The translations under genes were made by a program, and so were the position numbers. A stretch of 64,000 bases of DNA from Felis catus (Eukaryota). The DNA lies in contig NC_058368.1 of NCBI RefSeq assembly GCF_018350175.1, positions 127,102,001 through 127,166,000 on the forward strand, given 5' to 3'. Shown here one piece after another: positions 39,050 to 52,444 of this stretch (positions are counted from its first letter, which is position 1; every line of letters begins with the position of its first letter). A model generated the notes under the pieces. It was not told where the DNA came from. It searched no databases and saw only the letters and a list, made by a program, of their open reading frames with translations.

Positions 39050-39279
39050 TTTTTTTTTTATTTTTTTTTTCTTCAACGTTTTTTATTTATTTTTGGGACA
39101 GAGAGAGACAGAGCATGAACGGGGGAGGGGCAGAGAGAGAGGGAGACACAGAATCAGAAACAGGCTCCAGGCTCCGAGCCATCAGCCCAGAGCCTGATGC
39201 GGGGCTCGAACTCACGGACCGTGAGATCGTGACCTGGCTGAAGTCGGACGCTTAACCGACTGCGCCACCCAGGCGCCCC
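39050..39279 (-). mobile_element. Young SINEC_Fc-type SINE
   Basis: TSD tgagatttaaa; CpG-rich with diagnostic positions. Confidence 0.97.
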
Positions 39280-40023
39280 TGAGATTTAAAATTTTAATTG
39301 AACTTCTACCCATAATATTTAAGGTAGTGACAGATTAAACAACTAACAGTATTCATTCAATATTACAGTGTTTCCTCCATTCTAAGGCAGTTTTTCACAT
39401 GTACATTTCTGAAATAATGATTTACAATCTGAGTGTTGTGACTCTTTTCCTCTGAAAAGCTTCTCTGAATGGAGCAGATATGACATTGCCCTCCAAATTC
39501 CTGTCAGCAAACAAATATATAATAGTGTACGGGCTGACAAAGATGTCTGAATCTAAGAGGACTGGACATTAGGACCATGCAGCTCTTGTCCTAAGAGCTT
39601 TGGAGAGTACTCATTTGGTCCAGAGGCTGCTAATATTTCTAAAACTCAACTGTTGTATCAAAGTATATAATATTATATAGACTTCTCTTTGACTATTGTC
39701 ACCACAACATTTCAATGTATCTCAGGTGTATAAGTTCATTTGGGTCATTTATCTTTATGTATTTTGTTGAATGAAACCAGTACATAATACAATGTTTACT
39801 GAACTTCAATCATTTGAACGTCCACAAGTTTTGCAATATTGGCACACAATCCATATCATTACTTACTTGATATTTTTCTTCATTGACTCAATTTTTTAAC
39901 TTAAATAGCATAAATTTAAAAGATAATTTTATATTTATTCAATAAATGTGTTTGATATGTTGGTTATCCCTACCCCTACCCCACCACCAATGCAAGTATT
40001 AAGAGGAAAAAAAAAAAAAGAGA

Positions 40024-40208
40024 GGGCAGCGGACTGGCTCAGTAGGTTAAGCGTCCGACTCCTGGTTTTGGCTCGAGTCATGATCTCACGGTTTGTGGGT
40101 TTGCGCCCCGCACTATTAATGTGGGGCCTTTTGGGGGTTCTCTCTTCCTCCCTCTGCTCCTCCCCTGCTTGTATGCTGTCTCTCTCTCAAAATAAATTAA
40201 AAAAAAAT
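40024..40208 (+). mobile_element. Can-SINE (diverged)
   Basis: tggctcagtaggttaagcgtccgactc...ctctctcaaaataaattaaaa. Confidence 0.9.
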
Positions 40209-40317
40209 CCTTAACAACAACAACAAAAAAGAGAGTCCAAATACCACCTAAAATTTCTCCCATCTACTGCATACTAGTAGATTAGGTGTACCCTAAAATA
40301 TGATTTCCCTTCTCACC

Positions 40318-40613
40318 ATTTATCTGTTTGTTTGTTTATTGAGAGAGAGAGAGAACGTGCACACGTGAGCAGGATGGGGCAGAGAGAGAAGGAGAGAGAG
40401 AATCTTTTTCTTTTTTAATGTTTATTCATTTTTGAGAGAGAGAGACAGAGACAGAGAATGAGAGGGAGAGAGGGAGACACAGAATCCAAAGCAGGCAGGA
40501 GAGAGAATCTCTCTCTCACAGAACACCGGGCTCAATCTCGTGACCCTGAGCTCATGACTTGAGCCGAAATCAAAAGTAGGTTGCTTAACCAACAGAGCCA
40601 ACCAAAAGCGCCT
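40318..40613 (-). mobile_element. Can-SINE containing a nested 5'-truncated SINE (40406-40496)
   Basis: Two tail+GA tracts and one head; the inner piece is flanked by aggagagag(ag)aatct. Confidence 0.88.
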
Positions 40614-41341
40614 CCCTGCCACCGTGCAGCCTTCTCTTATCATTTAATGGTGAGCATGTCTTATAAGCCTAATGACCTTTACCAAGCACCAAGAATTAAA
40701 CATGAAGCAGTAACTGAAATCCATTAAATGAGGTGTTAAAGAATGATTCCACCATACAATGCAAATTTTCTCAGATATTATTACTTTGAAGTACTCTGTC
40801 CATTTTGAAATCTGTACTGAGTCAACTCTTATTTCCAGATTACAGTAGAAACTCTGCACTTTCCAGTCTGTCATGAGCAAATTTTTGAAAATGATGTTAC
40901 GAACTAACAAAACATTCAAGCCTGTCAAATGTGCTTAAATTCAGCACTACAAATACGTCAAATAACATTTTGGGAAAAATAACCACGGAGGTGCAGTTTT
41001 TAAAAAGTTTCCTGGTATTCTATATTGAATCCTAACATAAATAAGAGCAAGTCACTTTGAGTTCTTGTATCATTTCCTTATTATTGAGAAATAATGTGGT
41101 ATTTTCCTTATCTGGAGGGGAATTTCAGGCAGATTCAAGCAGTTTCTCATCTGACTACATTCAGTGAGTATACAGTTGGATTCAAGGACTTTCTTTCCTA
41201 AATGGGTGAATCTCCTTGGAGCTAAATCCCTTCATTCCTGAGGAAAATCCCAGAGTATTCTATTTTGAAAGCTTCGGACCTTCATATTTTCTACCTCTTT
41301 TGTAAAAAACCGGGTTAGAATACTAACCATCATGATTTTTA

Positions 41342-41908
41342 TGTCTCACATATTTTAATTTTGCTTTTACTGCCTGTGCTTTTGGTGTCATATCCAAAAA
41401 ATCCTCAACAAGATCAATGTTAAGGAGTTTCTCCCCTATTTTCTTCTAGTTTTTTTTTTTCATAGTTTCGAGTCTCATATTTAAGTCTTTAATCCATTTC
41501 AGGTTAATTTTTGTGAGTGATATATGATAGGGATCCACTTTCATTCTTTTTCATGTGGCTATCCACTTCCCAACAACATTTATTGATGAGGTCACCCCTT
41601 CCCCATTATATTTTCTTGGCTTCCCTGTCAGAAATTAATTGACCATATATGCACAGCTTTACTTCTGGACTTTTTATTCTGTTTCATTGATCTGTAAGTC
41701 TGTCTTCATGTCAGTACCATACTATTTTGGTTACTATAGCTCTGTAATATAGCTTGAAATCAGGAAGTATAAAGCATGCAGCTTTGTCCTTTCTCAAGAG
41801 TGTTTTGGCTATTTATGGTCTTTCATGGTTCCATATAAATTTTAAAATTCTTTTTTCTGTTTTGTGAAAAACACCATTGGAATTTTGACAGGAATTGCAT
41901 TGAATCTT
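41342..41908 (-). mobile_element. LINE-1 ORF2 fragment, the inverted 5' part of a twin-primed L1
   Basis: Reverse complement gattcaatgcaattcctgtcaaaattccaatgg...ggatatgacaccaaaagcacaggcagtaaaagcaaaa is late L1 ORF2. Confidence 0.9.
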
Positions 41909-41954
41909 TACATCAAACTAAATGTTTCTTCACAAAGGCAACCATAAAAAAATT

Positions 41955-42895
41955 ATTTTTTGTTCTGCTCCCAATTCTAATATGTGTCTGTGTTTTGAGG
42001 GGAGAGTGGGCTTTTCCACACCAAAAAAATAATAATAATTCTTTGGCATCAGTAGAGTCCAGAATTCAAATCAATTCTAACTACCTAACTGAGGCATCAG
42101 ATTGGAGAGGTTAAAGGCTCAGTTCCACAAAAATGCACTCCCTCCCCTTCAGAGGCCAGTCACAAGCCTGGGTTGTTACATGTGCTTCTGACCTACCAGC
42201 TATAGATTGGTGGTTCCCACAACCCCCTCCTTAGAATCAGTTGTCACCTGCACTGCTGACAGAGGGGCTATAAATCAGAGATTCCTCTTGGATCCCCTCC
42301 TTGAATCTGATTAATTTTCTATTTGCTAGAACAGCTCCCAGGACTTAGAAAACTTATTAACTCACTAAGTGGTCAATTTATTATAAAAGGATATAATTCA
42401 GGGACAGCCGATGGAAGAGATGCACAGGGCAAAGTATGGGAAATGGTGCACAGAGCTTTTTGGTTCTCTTCCCTCAAGCCACTCTACCCCATCTCCACAT
42501 GTTCACCAACCTAGAAGATCTCTGAACCCCCTCCTTTTGGATTTTTATGGAGACTTCATTATATAGTCATGATTGATTTACTCACTGATCATTGAACACT
42601 GATTCAGTCTTCAGCCCCTCTCCCCTTCCCACTTCTGGGAAAGGGTAGGGGGACTGAAAGTGCCAACCTTCTTATCATAGTTGGTTCTCCTGGCAACCAG
42701 TCCCCATCCTTAGGTTCCCAAAAGTCACCTCATTAGTATAACATGTAACACTTTTATCATTTTTGTCACAGGAAATGCAAGGGTTTTAGGAATCAAGAAC
42801 CAGGAACCAGCGGATTAAGATCAAGTATGTGTGAGAAATACATTTTGTTCATTTGAATAACTAAATATATATTTCTCACGAATCACAATGTCCCA
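41955..42895 (-). mobile_element. Solo LTR, MER21-family-like endogenous retrovirus
   Basis: Reverse complement starts tgggacattgtga...aaatatatattt; contains the MER21-like blocks ggatggggactggttgccagg, ggagaggggctgaag and ctccataaaaatccaaaagg (by-eye recognition). Confidence 0.75.
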
Positions 42896-43903
42896 AATAT
42901 GAAAAGGCAACCTATGGAATACGAGAAGACTGAAAAGGGGTTAATATCCAAAATATATAAGGAACTCGTACAACTGAATATTAAAAAAAATCCAAATAAT
43001 ACCATAAATAATAGGCAAAGGACCTGGGTAGACATTTTTCCAAAGAGATGTACAAATGGCCAACAGGTACATGGAAAAGTGTTCAACATCATGAATCATC
43101 AAGGAAATGCAAATAAAAACCACAATGAGATATCACCTCACATGTATTAGGACAGCTTGTATATAAAAAAACAAAACAAAACACTAGAGATAAGTGTGGA
43201 GAAAAGGGAACCCTTGTATACTGTTGGTGGGAATGTAAATTGGTTGGAAAACAATACAGAGGTTCCTCAAAAAATTAAAAACAGCGCTACCATATGTCCA
43301 TCAATCCCACTACTGATTCTATATCTAAAAATAATATAAAAGAAATCAAATCAAATCAAATCAGTATCTCAAAGAAATATCTGCACTCCCATGCCCATTG
43401 CAGTATTATTCACAGTAGTCAAGATTTAGAAAGAACCTCAGGGTCAGTGGATGGATGAGTGGATGGAGATGATGTGATACACATATACATATATAATGGA
43501 ACATTATTCAGCCATGAGAAAGAAGGAAATTCTGTCATTTGTGACAACACATATGTGGAATCTGAAAGAAAAGAAGAAAAGTTCAACTCCTAGAAATGGA
43601 GAGTCAAATGGTGGTACTAGAAAATGGGGGGTGTGGGAAATGGAGAGATGCTGGTCAAAGTATACAAGCCTTCAGTGTTCTACAGATCTAATGTACAGTA
43701 TGGTGACTATAGTTAATACTGTACTGGATATTTGCAGTTTGCTAAGACAGTAGATCTTAAGCATTTTTACCTCCCCACCCCCAGTGTTTAGTTATGTGAA
43801 GTGATGGATGTGTTAATTACTCTGATTGTGATAATCATCTCATAATGTATAAATGTATCAAATCATCACACTGTACACTTCAATGTAAACATATACAATT
43901 CTA

Positions 43904-44085
43904 GAGGCCCTGGGTGGCTCAGTTGGTTAAGTTTTCCAACTCTTGATTTCAGCTCAGGTCATGATCTCATGGTCATGAGATTGAGCCCCGTGTTGGGCTC
44001 AGCATGTAATGTAGAGCCTGCTTGGGATTCTCTCTCTCTCCCTCTCTCTCTGCCCCTTCCCTGACCATTCTCTCTCTTTCCCCCT
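43904..44085 (+). mobile_element. Can-SINE inserted in the L1 3'UTR
   Basis: TSD atatacaatt. Confidence 0.93.
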
Positions 44086-44199
44086 CTCTCTCTGTCTCAA
44101 AATAAATAAGCTTTAAAAAATTAAATATATACAATTTAATTGTCAATTACACTTCAGTACAAAAAGTGGGGAAAGGAGAAAGATTGACATTATTTTATT

Positions 44200-44585
44200 T
44201 GATACAATATCGAGAAACTAGAAGAGAACAGCTAATTAAACTCTAACAGTGGAATAAAATTAAAAAAAAACATGAGAGTATGAAACAATGACACAGAAAA
44301 AAAATACATAAAAAGAAAAAATCATCAGAGCCAAAGCTGATTCCTTATAAAGAATAATAAATTGACATACACCTGACAATTCTGATCAAACTAAATTGAG
44401 AAAACACAAATTATCAGTATCAATTCCTATAGACATAAAAAAAATGAGAAAATATTATGAATGAATTTATGCCAATAAATTTGAAAATGTAAGCAACATG
44501 GGCAAATACCTTAAAGATTGACAAAAGACATGGAAAAACTAAATCATTCTTCACTAATTAAAAACTGAATCTGTATTTAAAAATT
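44200..44585 (+). mobile_element. Old LINE-1 ORF2 fragment
   Basis: aaaatcatcagagccaaagctgattcc...aataaaattgaca...tttatgccaataaatttgaaaa. Confidence 0.7.
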
Positions 44586-44803
44586 AATTAAGAACAATAC
44601 AACTGTCACACACAAAAATAATAATCACTATTTTTTATTAATCACCTGCTGAGTATATTATATACACTATTTTATTATTTATTCATGACAATAACCCTGC
44701 AAGTTAGGTGTGATAACACTAATTTTATGAATAAAGAAAACTAGTGATTTGTCAAAGTCACATCACTGGTGGCAGAAAAAGTATTTGTATCCAGATGTGT
44801 CTG

Positions 44804-44805
<2 letters not shown>

Positions 44806-44838
<33 letters not shown>
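44806..44838. repeat. (TG)n microsatellite
   Basis: Visible TG run. Confidence 0.96.
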
Positions 44839-44839
<1 letters not shown>

Positions 44840-44900
44840 ACATGTGATGGGAGAAGAGTGGAGGGAGATTAAAAATTGCCGCTGTGTTATTTGGAATTGT

Positions 44901-45124
44901 TTTTTTTTTTTTGTTTTTTTTCAACGTTTATTTATTTTTGGGACAGAAAGAGACAGAGCATGAACAGGGGAGGGGCAGAGAGAGAGGGAGACACAGAATC
45001 GGAAACAGGCTCCAGGCTCTGAGCCGTCAGCCCAGAGCCTGACGCGGGGCTCGAACTCACGGACCGCGAGATCGTGACCTGGCTGAAGTCGGACGCTTAA
45101 CCGACTGCGCCACCCAGGCGCCCC
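44901..45124 (-). mobile_element. Young SINEC_Fc-type SINE
   Basis: TSD tggaattgttttt; nearly all CpGs retained. Confidence 0.97.
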
Positions 45125-45587
45125 TGGAATTGTTTTTCAGCCACCTGTCCCCTTTAGCTGAACAGTGGAAATGAATGAAAATCCATTAAAAAATATGTGT
45201 ATGTTACAGGTATAACAACGGACATATTTAATAACCAGCAAATTTTAAAGATATCCAGGATTAAACAATATAGTTCACTGTCCTTGTTTCTAATTTTTAG
45301 GTTTATAAAGACTATGAAGAGGGTATATATAACAATATCACAAGTTGGTTAGCCATAAAGTGTGTTATGGTTTTTAGCTAATCTCATAACATGGGTAATG
45401 GTGGTGAGCTGCTACCTACACAACAGATGGCATTTTGATGCCTCATTAGGTAATACAGGCTAACAAATGATCATTTTAAAAGGTAACAATATGTGAGACC
45501 TCTGATAATGTATGGATTTCAACATTTGTCAACAAATGACATTTTCTACTAAAAAGAACAGAAAACAACTTTTTAAAACTAGAATCT

Positions 45588-45802
45588 GGGGAACCTGGGT
45601 GGCTCAGTCAGTTAGGCGTCTGACTTCGGCTCAGGTCATGATCTCTCAGTTTGTGATTTTAAGCCCCGCATCAGGCTCTGTACTGACGGCTTAGAGCCTG
45701 GATCCTGCTTCAGATTCTGTGTCTTCCTCTCTCTCTGCCCCTGCCCCACTAGCACTCTGTCTCTCTCTCTCAAAAATAAAGATTAAAAAAAAAAACTAAA
45801 AT
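45588..45802 (+). mobile_element. Can-SINE
   Basis: TSD aaaactagaatc. Confidence 0.95.
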
Positions 45803-46500
45803 AAAACTAGAATCCGCTTTTATGCCTGGGATCAATAATGTTGACATGAAATGCATTTTGTAACTGACTTTTAAAACTTTGCACTAATTCAAAATATGAG
45901 ATAAAAAAACATTGTAGGGATCAAATAAATGATCTAACCCCAAATTTCTTAAGTGATGTTGTATTTCTTTTGTATTCTAACCCTTCTCTTCTCCCCCTGT
46001 CACTCTTCATGGAGGTCTCGCTAATCAGTTTGCAGATGTTCATTCAATCCTACTGTGTGCACAGTTATCCTTCTCCCCCCCGCCCCGCCCCCTGCCAATT
46101 ATTCCAAAATATCTGCTTTCTATTGGGAGGGATGTGAGGTATACTGACTATACTGAGAAAGAGAGAAGGCTCACGGGTAAGTATATGTTATACACACTTT
46201 TGCCAACTTCCTATTTTCAGAGCCCACTCATCTTCCAAAGTCCTTTCTGGGGTTCTGGGGGCAGCTCAGCTTACTTCTCTTCAGTATTGTACCCTTATTG
46301 GGTTAACTCATTGGCCATTTCTCCATCCACTTCTATCTTTACTTATGGCTGGAAGTTACAGACAGCAACTAGTTTCCTCAAATATGGGATTTACCTTTTT
46401 GTTCCTCGTACTACTAATCTGGGTGATGGTTTTGGGGAAATATTGGAGTAGGAAGGTCTTTTACCCACCATTTTAAAGCTAAATCTTTACATTTTACTTT

Positions 46501-46697
46501 ATTTTTTCTTAATTGTTTGTTTTTGAGAGAATGAGAGAGAGAGCAGGGGAGGGGCAGGAAGAGAGGGGAACAGAAGATCTAAAATGGGCTCCATGCTTAC
46601 AGCAGAGAGCTCAGCACGGGGCTCGAACCCATGAACCTTGAGATCGTGACCTGAGATGCAGTTGAATGCTTAACTGAGTGAGAGACCCAGGTGCCCC
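46501..46697 (-). mobile_element. Can-SINE
   Basis: TSD tacattttacttt. Confidence 0.93.
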
Positions 46698-46811
46698 AAT
46701 ACATTTTACTTTGAAATAAAGGAATTGTCTGTGTCTATCAAAGCCCATGTATTAAAAATTCTTTTTATCAAATAACTCTATTTTGGTTCTCTGTAAGTAT
46801 AAGTCAAAACT

Positions 46812-47082
46812 ATATTTCATTGTAGTAAAATATACATAAAATTTACCGTCTTAATCCTCTTTAGTGTACAATTCAATGGCATTAAGTACAATCACTTTTG
46901 TTGCACAACCATCACCACCACCCATCTCCAGAACTTACTCATTTTCCCAAACTAACACTCTGTACTCATTAAACAATAATTCTCTATTCCCCACTGCGTC
47001 CAGCCCCTGACATACACCACTGTACTTTCTGTCTCTATGAATTTGACTACTCTAGATATTTCATGGAAGAAGTGGAATCAGG
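46812..47082 (-). mobile_element. LINE-1 3'UTR fragment (L1MB-like)
   Basis: aaatttaccgtcttaa...agtgtacaattcaatggcattaagtaca...ctttctgtctctatgaatttgactactctag. Confidence 0.88.
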
Positions 47083-47091
47083 AAGATCACT

Positions 47092-47313
47092 TTTTTTTTA
47101 TTAAAAAAAATTTTAATCTTTATTCACTTTTGAGAGAGAGACAGAGCGCGAGCAGGGGAGGAGCAGAGAAAGACGGAGACACAGAACCTGAAGCAGACTC
47201 CAGGCCCTGAACTGGCAGCACAGAGCCCAACATGGGGCTTGAACTCACGAACCATGAGATCATGACCTGAGCCAAAGTCGGATGCTCAACCGACTGAGCC
47301 ACCCAGGTGCCCC
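47092..47313 (-). mobile_element. Can-SINE
   Basis: Typical body and head. Confidence 0.95.
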
Positions 47314-47372
47314 AGAAAGATGATATTTTAATGGTAGATTTAAAATCTGATAGTCTTGTTCTAGTCATCTAA

Positions 47373-47580
47373 TTCTTTTTTTTCAATTTATTTATTTCGA
47401 GAGAGAGAGAGCACACAAGTGAGTGAGGAGCAGGGAGAGAGGAGAGAGAGAATCCCAAGTAGCCTCCACATGGGCTTAGCACAGAGCCTGACATGGGGCT
47501 TGATCTCAGGAGCATGAGATCATCACCTGAGCTGAAATCAAGAGTAGAATGCTTAAATGACTGAGCCACCCAGGTGTCCC
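47373..47580 (-). mobile_element. Can-SINE
   Basis: Typical body and head. Confidence 0.93.
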
Positions 47581-48344
47581 TAGCTCTCTCATTCTTAAAG
47601 AGAAAAATAAAGCATTAGAAAGAAAAGATTTAAGACAACAATTCTCACTTAAAGAAATCAATGTACTTGCTTTATTCACCACTGACTTTCTATAAAAGTA
47701 TTGCTTGTTATTATATAGACACAGACAAAGCCAAGAGCAAAAATATCTGCCTCGACCAACATCTGTTGTATTTTTTAAAATAATCTCTTTATCTGTTATT
47801 TTGTTTCAGTATATACAAACATTATCAGAGCACATCCAGACTAGTCACATCATTAACTTCAGTTCTGATTTCAAATTTATAATAACTTCAATGTTTAATT
47901 AATCAAGTGTTTCCTAACTTTACCTATCCTAAGATATAAAGTAATATTCTAAAATTAAATTATGTTAATAAAAATCATTTTTAAAAGATTTTTTGAAAGA
48001 GATAAAACAACTAGAAAAAATCACAATGCTAGGTGAAGCCCTCTTTGTAATATTGGAAAGCGAATGGAAATATTCAGTAAAGTAGGATTTGGAAAGTACT
48101 CTGTCAGAAATGTATGCACACAGAATGTGCTCTAACGCTAATGTTGTGCCTGATGCAACAGACAATGCAGACAAAAGATTTATTAGAAAGCAAACTTTTG
48201 TTGGGCCCATTTAATTTACATTCATGTAATAACATTTTCCCTTGGCCATGTTAAAAATAACGGTAAGATAATCCAGGCAATTTCTCCTTGACCACACATT
48301 ACAAATAAAGATCTGCTCTTTGAGATAATGCCTATTAATTAGGG

Positions 48345-48585
48345 AGGGCATACAGGATCAGGTTAAAAAGTGGCCTTTGGCATCAGGCTGCCTGCATGCA
48401 AATCCAAGTTCCACTAATGACTAGTTGTTTGACCTTGAACAAGTTACTTAGCCTCTCCAAGCCCTAGTTTCTTCCACTATAAAATGGAGACAAAATAGGG
48501 CTTTGTGAGGACCAACTGAAACATGGAAAACCTTGGCAAAGTGTTTAGCATATATTAAGGGCTCAATAAATAATACCTACTGTTA
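48345..48585 (+). mobile_element. MIR, near full length
   Basis: ggcatcaggctgcctgcatgcaaatccaag...gaccttgaacaagttacttagcctctc...ctataaaatggaga...gctcaataaat. Confidence 0.85.
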
Positions 48586-50549
48586 AAGATAAACTTTAAA
48601 AGAGAATTCAGTGAAAATGGGGGAAAGCAGAAGTATATGTTACTATAATACTTTTATTCAAAATAATTAGTTTGTGTTTTTATCTTAGTTTTGACCCCAA
48701 CCCACTGACTCCCTTTACATAATGGATTGTAAATAGTCCCCCCCCCACTTTGGTCTCAGGCATTCAGGGTTTAGTCTCTGCAGTGTCTCTGAGTTATCTT
48801 TCCAAGACATAAGCCTAGAAATGTTAAATTCCCTGGTTAAAAACCTCCAGTAGCTTCCCGTTCCTTACAGAATCGATGGCAGCCTTCTCTGTGTGTTAAA
48901 TTACAACTTCTACTATTTGGATGCAATTCATCATTCAGCCTTGCCCTCAATAACTAATTTTTCATAAACAACAGTGACAGCCACTAGCAGAGCATGCCTT
49001 GCCCCAGATCTGCCTGTGCTGTTTCCCTTGCCTGGCAAGTGTTTTACTTTCTCCCTTCTCTTCAAGCAAATACCTTACATGTCCTTCAATTTCTAACACA
49101 AGCAGCAGTAAAGGCCACCTAAGTCCACGACAAATGTAGAAGTTCCGTCTCCTTGGCTTCATTCAATCTATGAACATCTTGGGTTAATTGTGACGATGAC
49201 GATGATTCACTTGGGTGTGATGTATTTACATTGTATGGCAGCATACACTGGAAATTATAGGGACATCGGAGTTCCTTAGTCACTGTTCAGCCACTCATTT
49301 TGACTGTGTTACCTTCAAAAACAAATTAACCTCAGTAAGTTTCAATACCTTCTTCTGTAAAATGGGACAGCACATGCACATTAGGATTAATGAGAGAACA
49401 CTGGCATCTCTATCACTTTCAGACCTTTGCACATGCTTCTCTGGCAGCATTGTCCATTTTCCCATTTCCTCCCTCTTTTCTTTTTTGGGGGGTGGGTCAG
49501 GAATTAACTCAGGAGTCAACTCCTGTAGTCCTATGCTTTTCAGTTTGAATTATGTGCCTCACATCAAGCAAATCTTTAGATTCTGGCACTAATTCCAACC
49601 AAGGGGCTTCCCATCTGTGTGTTCCCAGTGTCTGGCCCTGAAGAGACACTTGGACCTCCATGATACGTGATTGGTTGAAGACAGGGAATGGGGTTTATTC
49701 CCCTTTGCCTTCACAGTACCTAGCACAAGATCTGGCTCACAGGATGTTTGCTTGATGACAGAATAAATCTTTGGTCAACAGTGGCAGATAAGACTTCTAC
49801 AGATTTTTCTTCCTGTGCCCTTTTGTGGCATTTGCCTCATGGTTGGAATTTCAAAACTTAAGTCTTGCCTGCTTTCTTTTTCATAAACCTCTATCCCTGA
49901 AAGCTACTGTTGACACCTTCTTTGCCAAAACAGAGTTCCCACATCCTTACAATAAAAATTTTCTCCCAAGTCCAAAGGCACAGGGTACAAAATACACTGG
50001 GAAAAGTTTTAGGCAAGCACTGAGCTGCTGGAGCATCACTGTTGAGGAGGGAAAGGTTCTTTTCTAAATATTTAGGAAAAACCGTCTTAATATGGAGAAA
50101 CTATTAGGTAATGTACTATTCAACTGAGAAAGAGAATATTTGAATTCTCCTAGGGACCTTTTGGAAGCTTGGTTCAAAGGAATGACTTTTCCAGGAAGAG
50201 TTTCCCCACATCTGGCAGGAAAATGGGAGAGTGCTTGTGGCATCCTATAAAATCTGCCTAACTCAGACTACCTGTCAGCCTACGAAAGAGATGGCTGTGC
50301 TCCTGGAGGGGAAGGCAACATTCTGGTGAAGTGCTCTGAAAATCTGTTTGGAGTCAGCAAGTGTTTTATAGGTACTAGCACATTCACTTTTATGATAAAC
50401 ACATGAAGACTTTATCTACCCATTTATCAGATGAGGGAACTGAAGTACAGAGAGACTACTTGTTCACCTAGTTGACTGGAAGAACCAGACCAGAGAGAAC
50501 TCAGGTCTTCGGGCTCCGGGGGAAGGAATCTAACAAGGAGAGCAGAACC

Positions 50550-50720
50550 GCTGTTCCAGCAGTGCTCACCATGTGACAGGCAGAGGGTCTATACACACGT
50601 CGTTTCTTTTAACGTTTAAAATAAACTCATGAGATAGCTGCTATCATTTCCTTCATCAAACAGTTGAGGAAACTGAGGTTTAGAGGAAATTAAGTAACAT
50701 GCTCAGAGCTTTGAGTTGGG
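50550..50720 (-). mobile_element. MIR fragment
   Basis: cagttgaggaaactgaggtttagaggaaattaagtaacatgc. Confidence 0.75.
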
Positions 50721-52232
50721 ACTTGGATTTGTCTTTTATAAGAGCCAAACGTCATTTGGGGAAAACTAGTACCTGAAAAACTGCACAGCATCTCAAAAGC
50801 AGAATTATTTTTAAACTTGTTTAAGCAATTTTTAGGCAAATATGATAGAGTAGATAAGCTTATCACCCCCGATCAAAGGATGTTTTGTTTTTGGTGGGCA
50901 CGACACTAAAATCATTAGAAATGAATCATTATTTTCACTCTAGGAACTAAAATGTATAAATATTTCATGTATTTAGATACAAGACTGCAGGTGTATATAT
51001 GTATGTGGTATTCAACAGTAACTTTTGAAAAAAACAGTGCATTTGTTTTTACTATGTTGACACTTTTTATTTTTTCAAAATTAAAACTAAATTTTCCTTC
51101 CTCAAGAAAAATTTCCATATGTATATTTAGAGTTAAAATATTGTTTTTAGGTCAGATAGCTCCTGTCTAAGGCATAGGAAAGCAACTTAGATACTATTTA
51201 ACCTGACCTTGTGTATCAATTTGTGATCTTCTAGGGAGAAAGACAGCCTGTTCATTCCAGGCATTCAGTGAACTATAAAAAAATACTCGCAAACAACACA
51301 GCACTGTGATTTTCAGAGGAACCACTCTAGTGTATTCCCTGTGTTCTCAAAGAGAGTGCTGTGTCTAGTATTTTTGCAAAATAGTCGGGTCTTTAGGATG
51401 ACAATCGGCTTTATGGAAAACTAAAAGCAAATGAGTGAGAAGAGATAATGCCAAAATACTTCGTACATGCAGGGCAGATTGTTATTCCATATGGGTAGAG
51501 AATATGAAAAAGTTCCCCTGCCCAATTCCATGAAATTTAAGCCTTCATTCAGCTGACAATTCTTTGGTGAGTAAGATTCCCCCAAGACCTAAGTTATTCC
51601 CTGACTGACTCATAGACTTCTCTACTGACAGTTAATCTTTTTCGTAAGAGTCACTTTACAGGAACTCTAAATTATAATTAATTTAAAATGCAGCCATTTA
51701 TAATATCAATAAAATAAAAGAAATCTATTTTAAAAATAACAGCTGTACAAATGGGTAGTAGCTTAGGCAGGGCTATTGTAACACTTTTGTGGGTTCCATC
51801 AAACATCATATCCAACAAATAAAAATGCACCCACTTCTCACGTTTTACAGTATTTTTGCTATAAAAATCTAGAAAGAATAATTATAATAGTTATGTTTTT
51901 AGAATTGCTTGGTTAAAAATAATAAAAAAATAAAAGTATTTGCTTAATATTAAATTCATTTAATTAATGACTGGCCCTAACTTCCCTGCAATCATCCAGC
52001 ATTTTCGGGAGTACCTGTAAGATGACAAAAATTCAGTCCACAAGTTGTTTGCAGATGTAATAAAGTTTTTTTGAATAATAATGAATTTAATAAAGTTTTA
52101 TGAATAACTTGTTTCACAATTATTGAAGGTGACACTTTATACTTTGAGTATTTAATTAAAGTCTAATCTTAATTTTGCCATTTTCTTTTTGTATTTTGGA
52201 GTCAATTGCTTCAATTTTCCAATTCTCAAATA

Positions 52233-52444
52233 TTTTTTTCTAATGTTTATTTATTTTTGACACAGAGAGAGAGACAGAGCATGAGCGGGCAAGGGGCAGA
52301 GAGAGAGGGAGACAGAATCCGAAGCAGGCTCCAGGCTCTGAGCTGTCAGCACAGATCTCCATGCGGTGCCTGAACCCATGAACTGTGAGATCATGACCTG
52401 AGCCGAAGTCGGATGCTCAACCGACTGAGCCACCCAGGCACCCC
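52233..52444 (-). mobile_element. Can-SINE
   Basis: TSD ctcaaatatttt. Confidence 0.95.

Larger units (their letters stand above)
41909..44165 (+). mobile_element. LINE-1 3' portion (L1MA/L1_Carn-like; end of ORF2 plus 3'UTR), interrupted by an LTR and a SINE
   Basis: tacatcaaactaaa...; after the LTR it resumes with degenerate MKRQPMEYEK..GLISKIYKEL; 3'UTR ends gtcaattacacttcagt. Confidence 0.9.
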
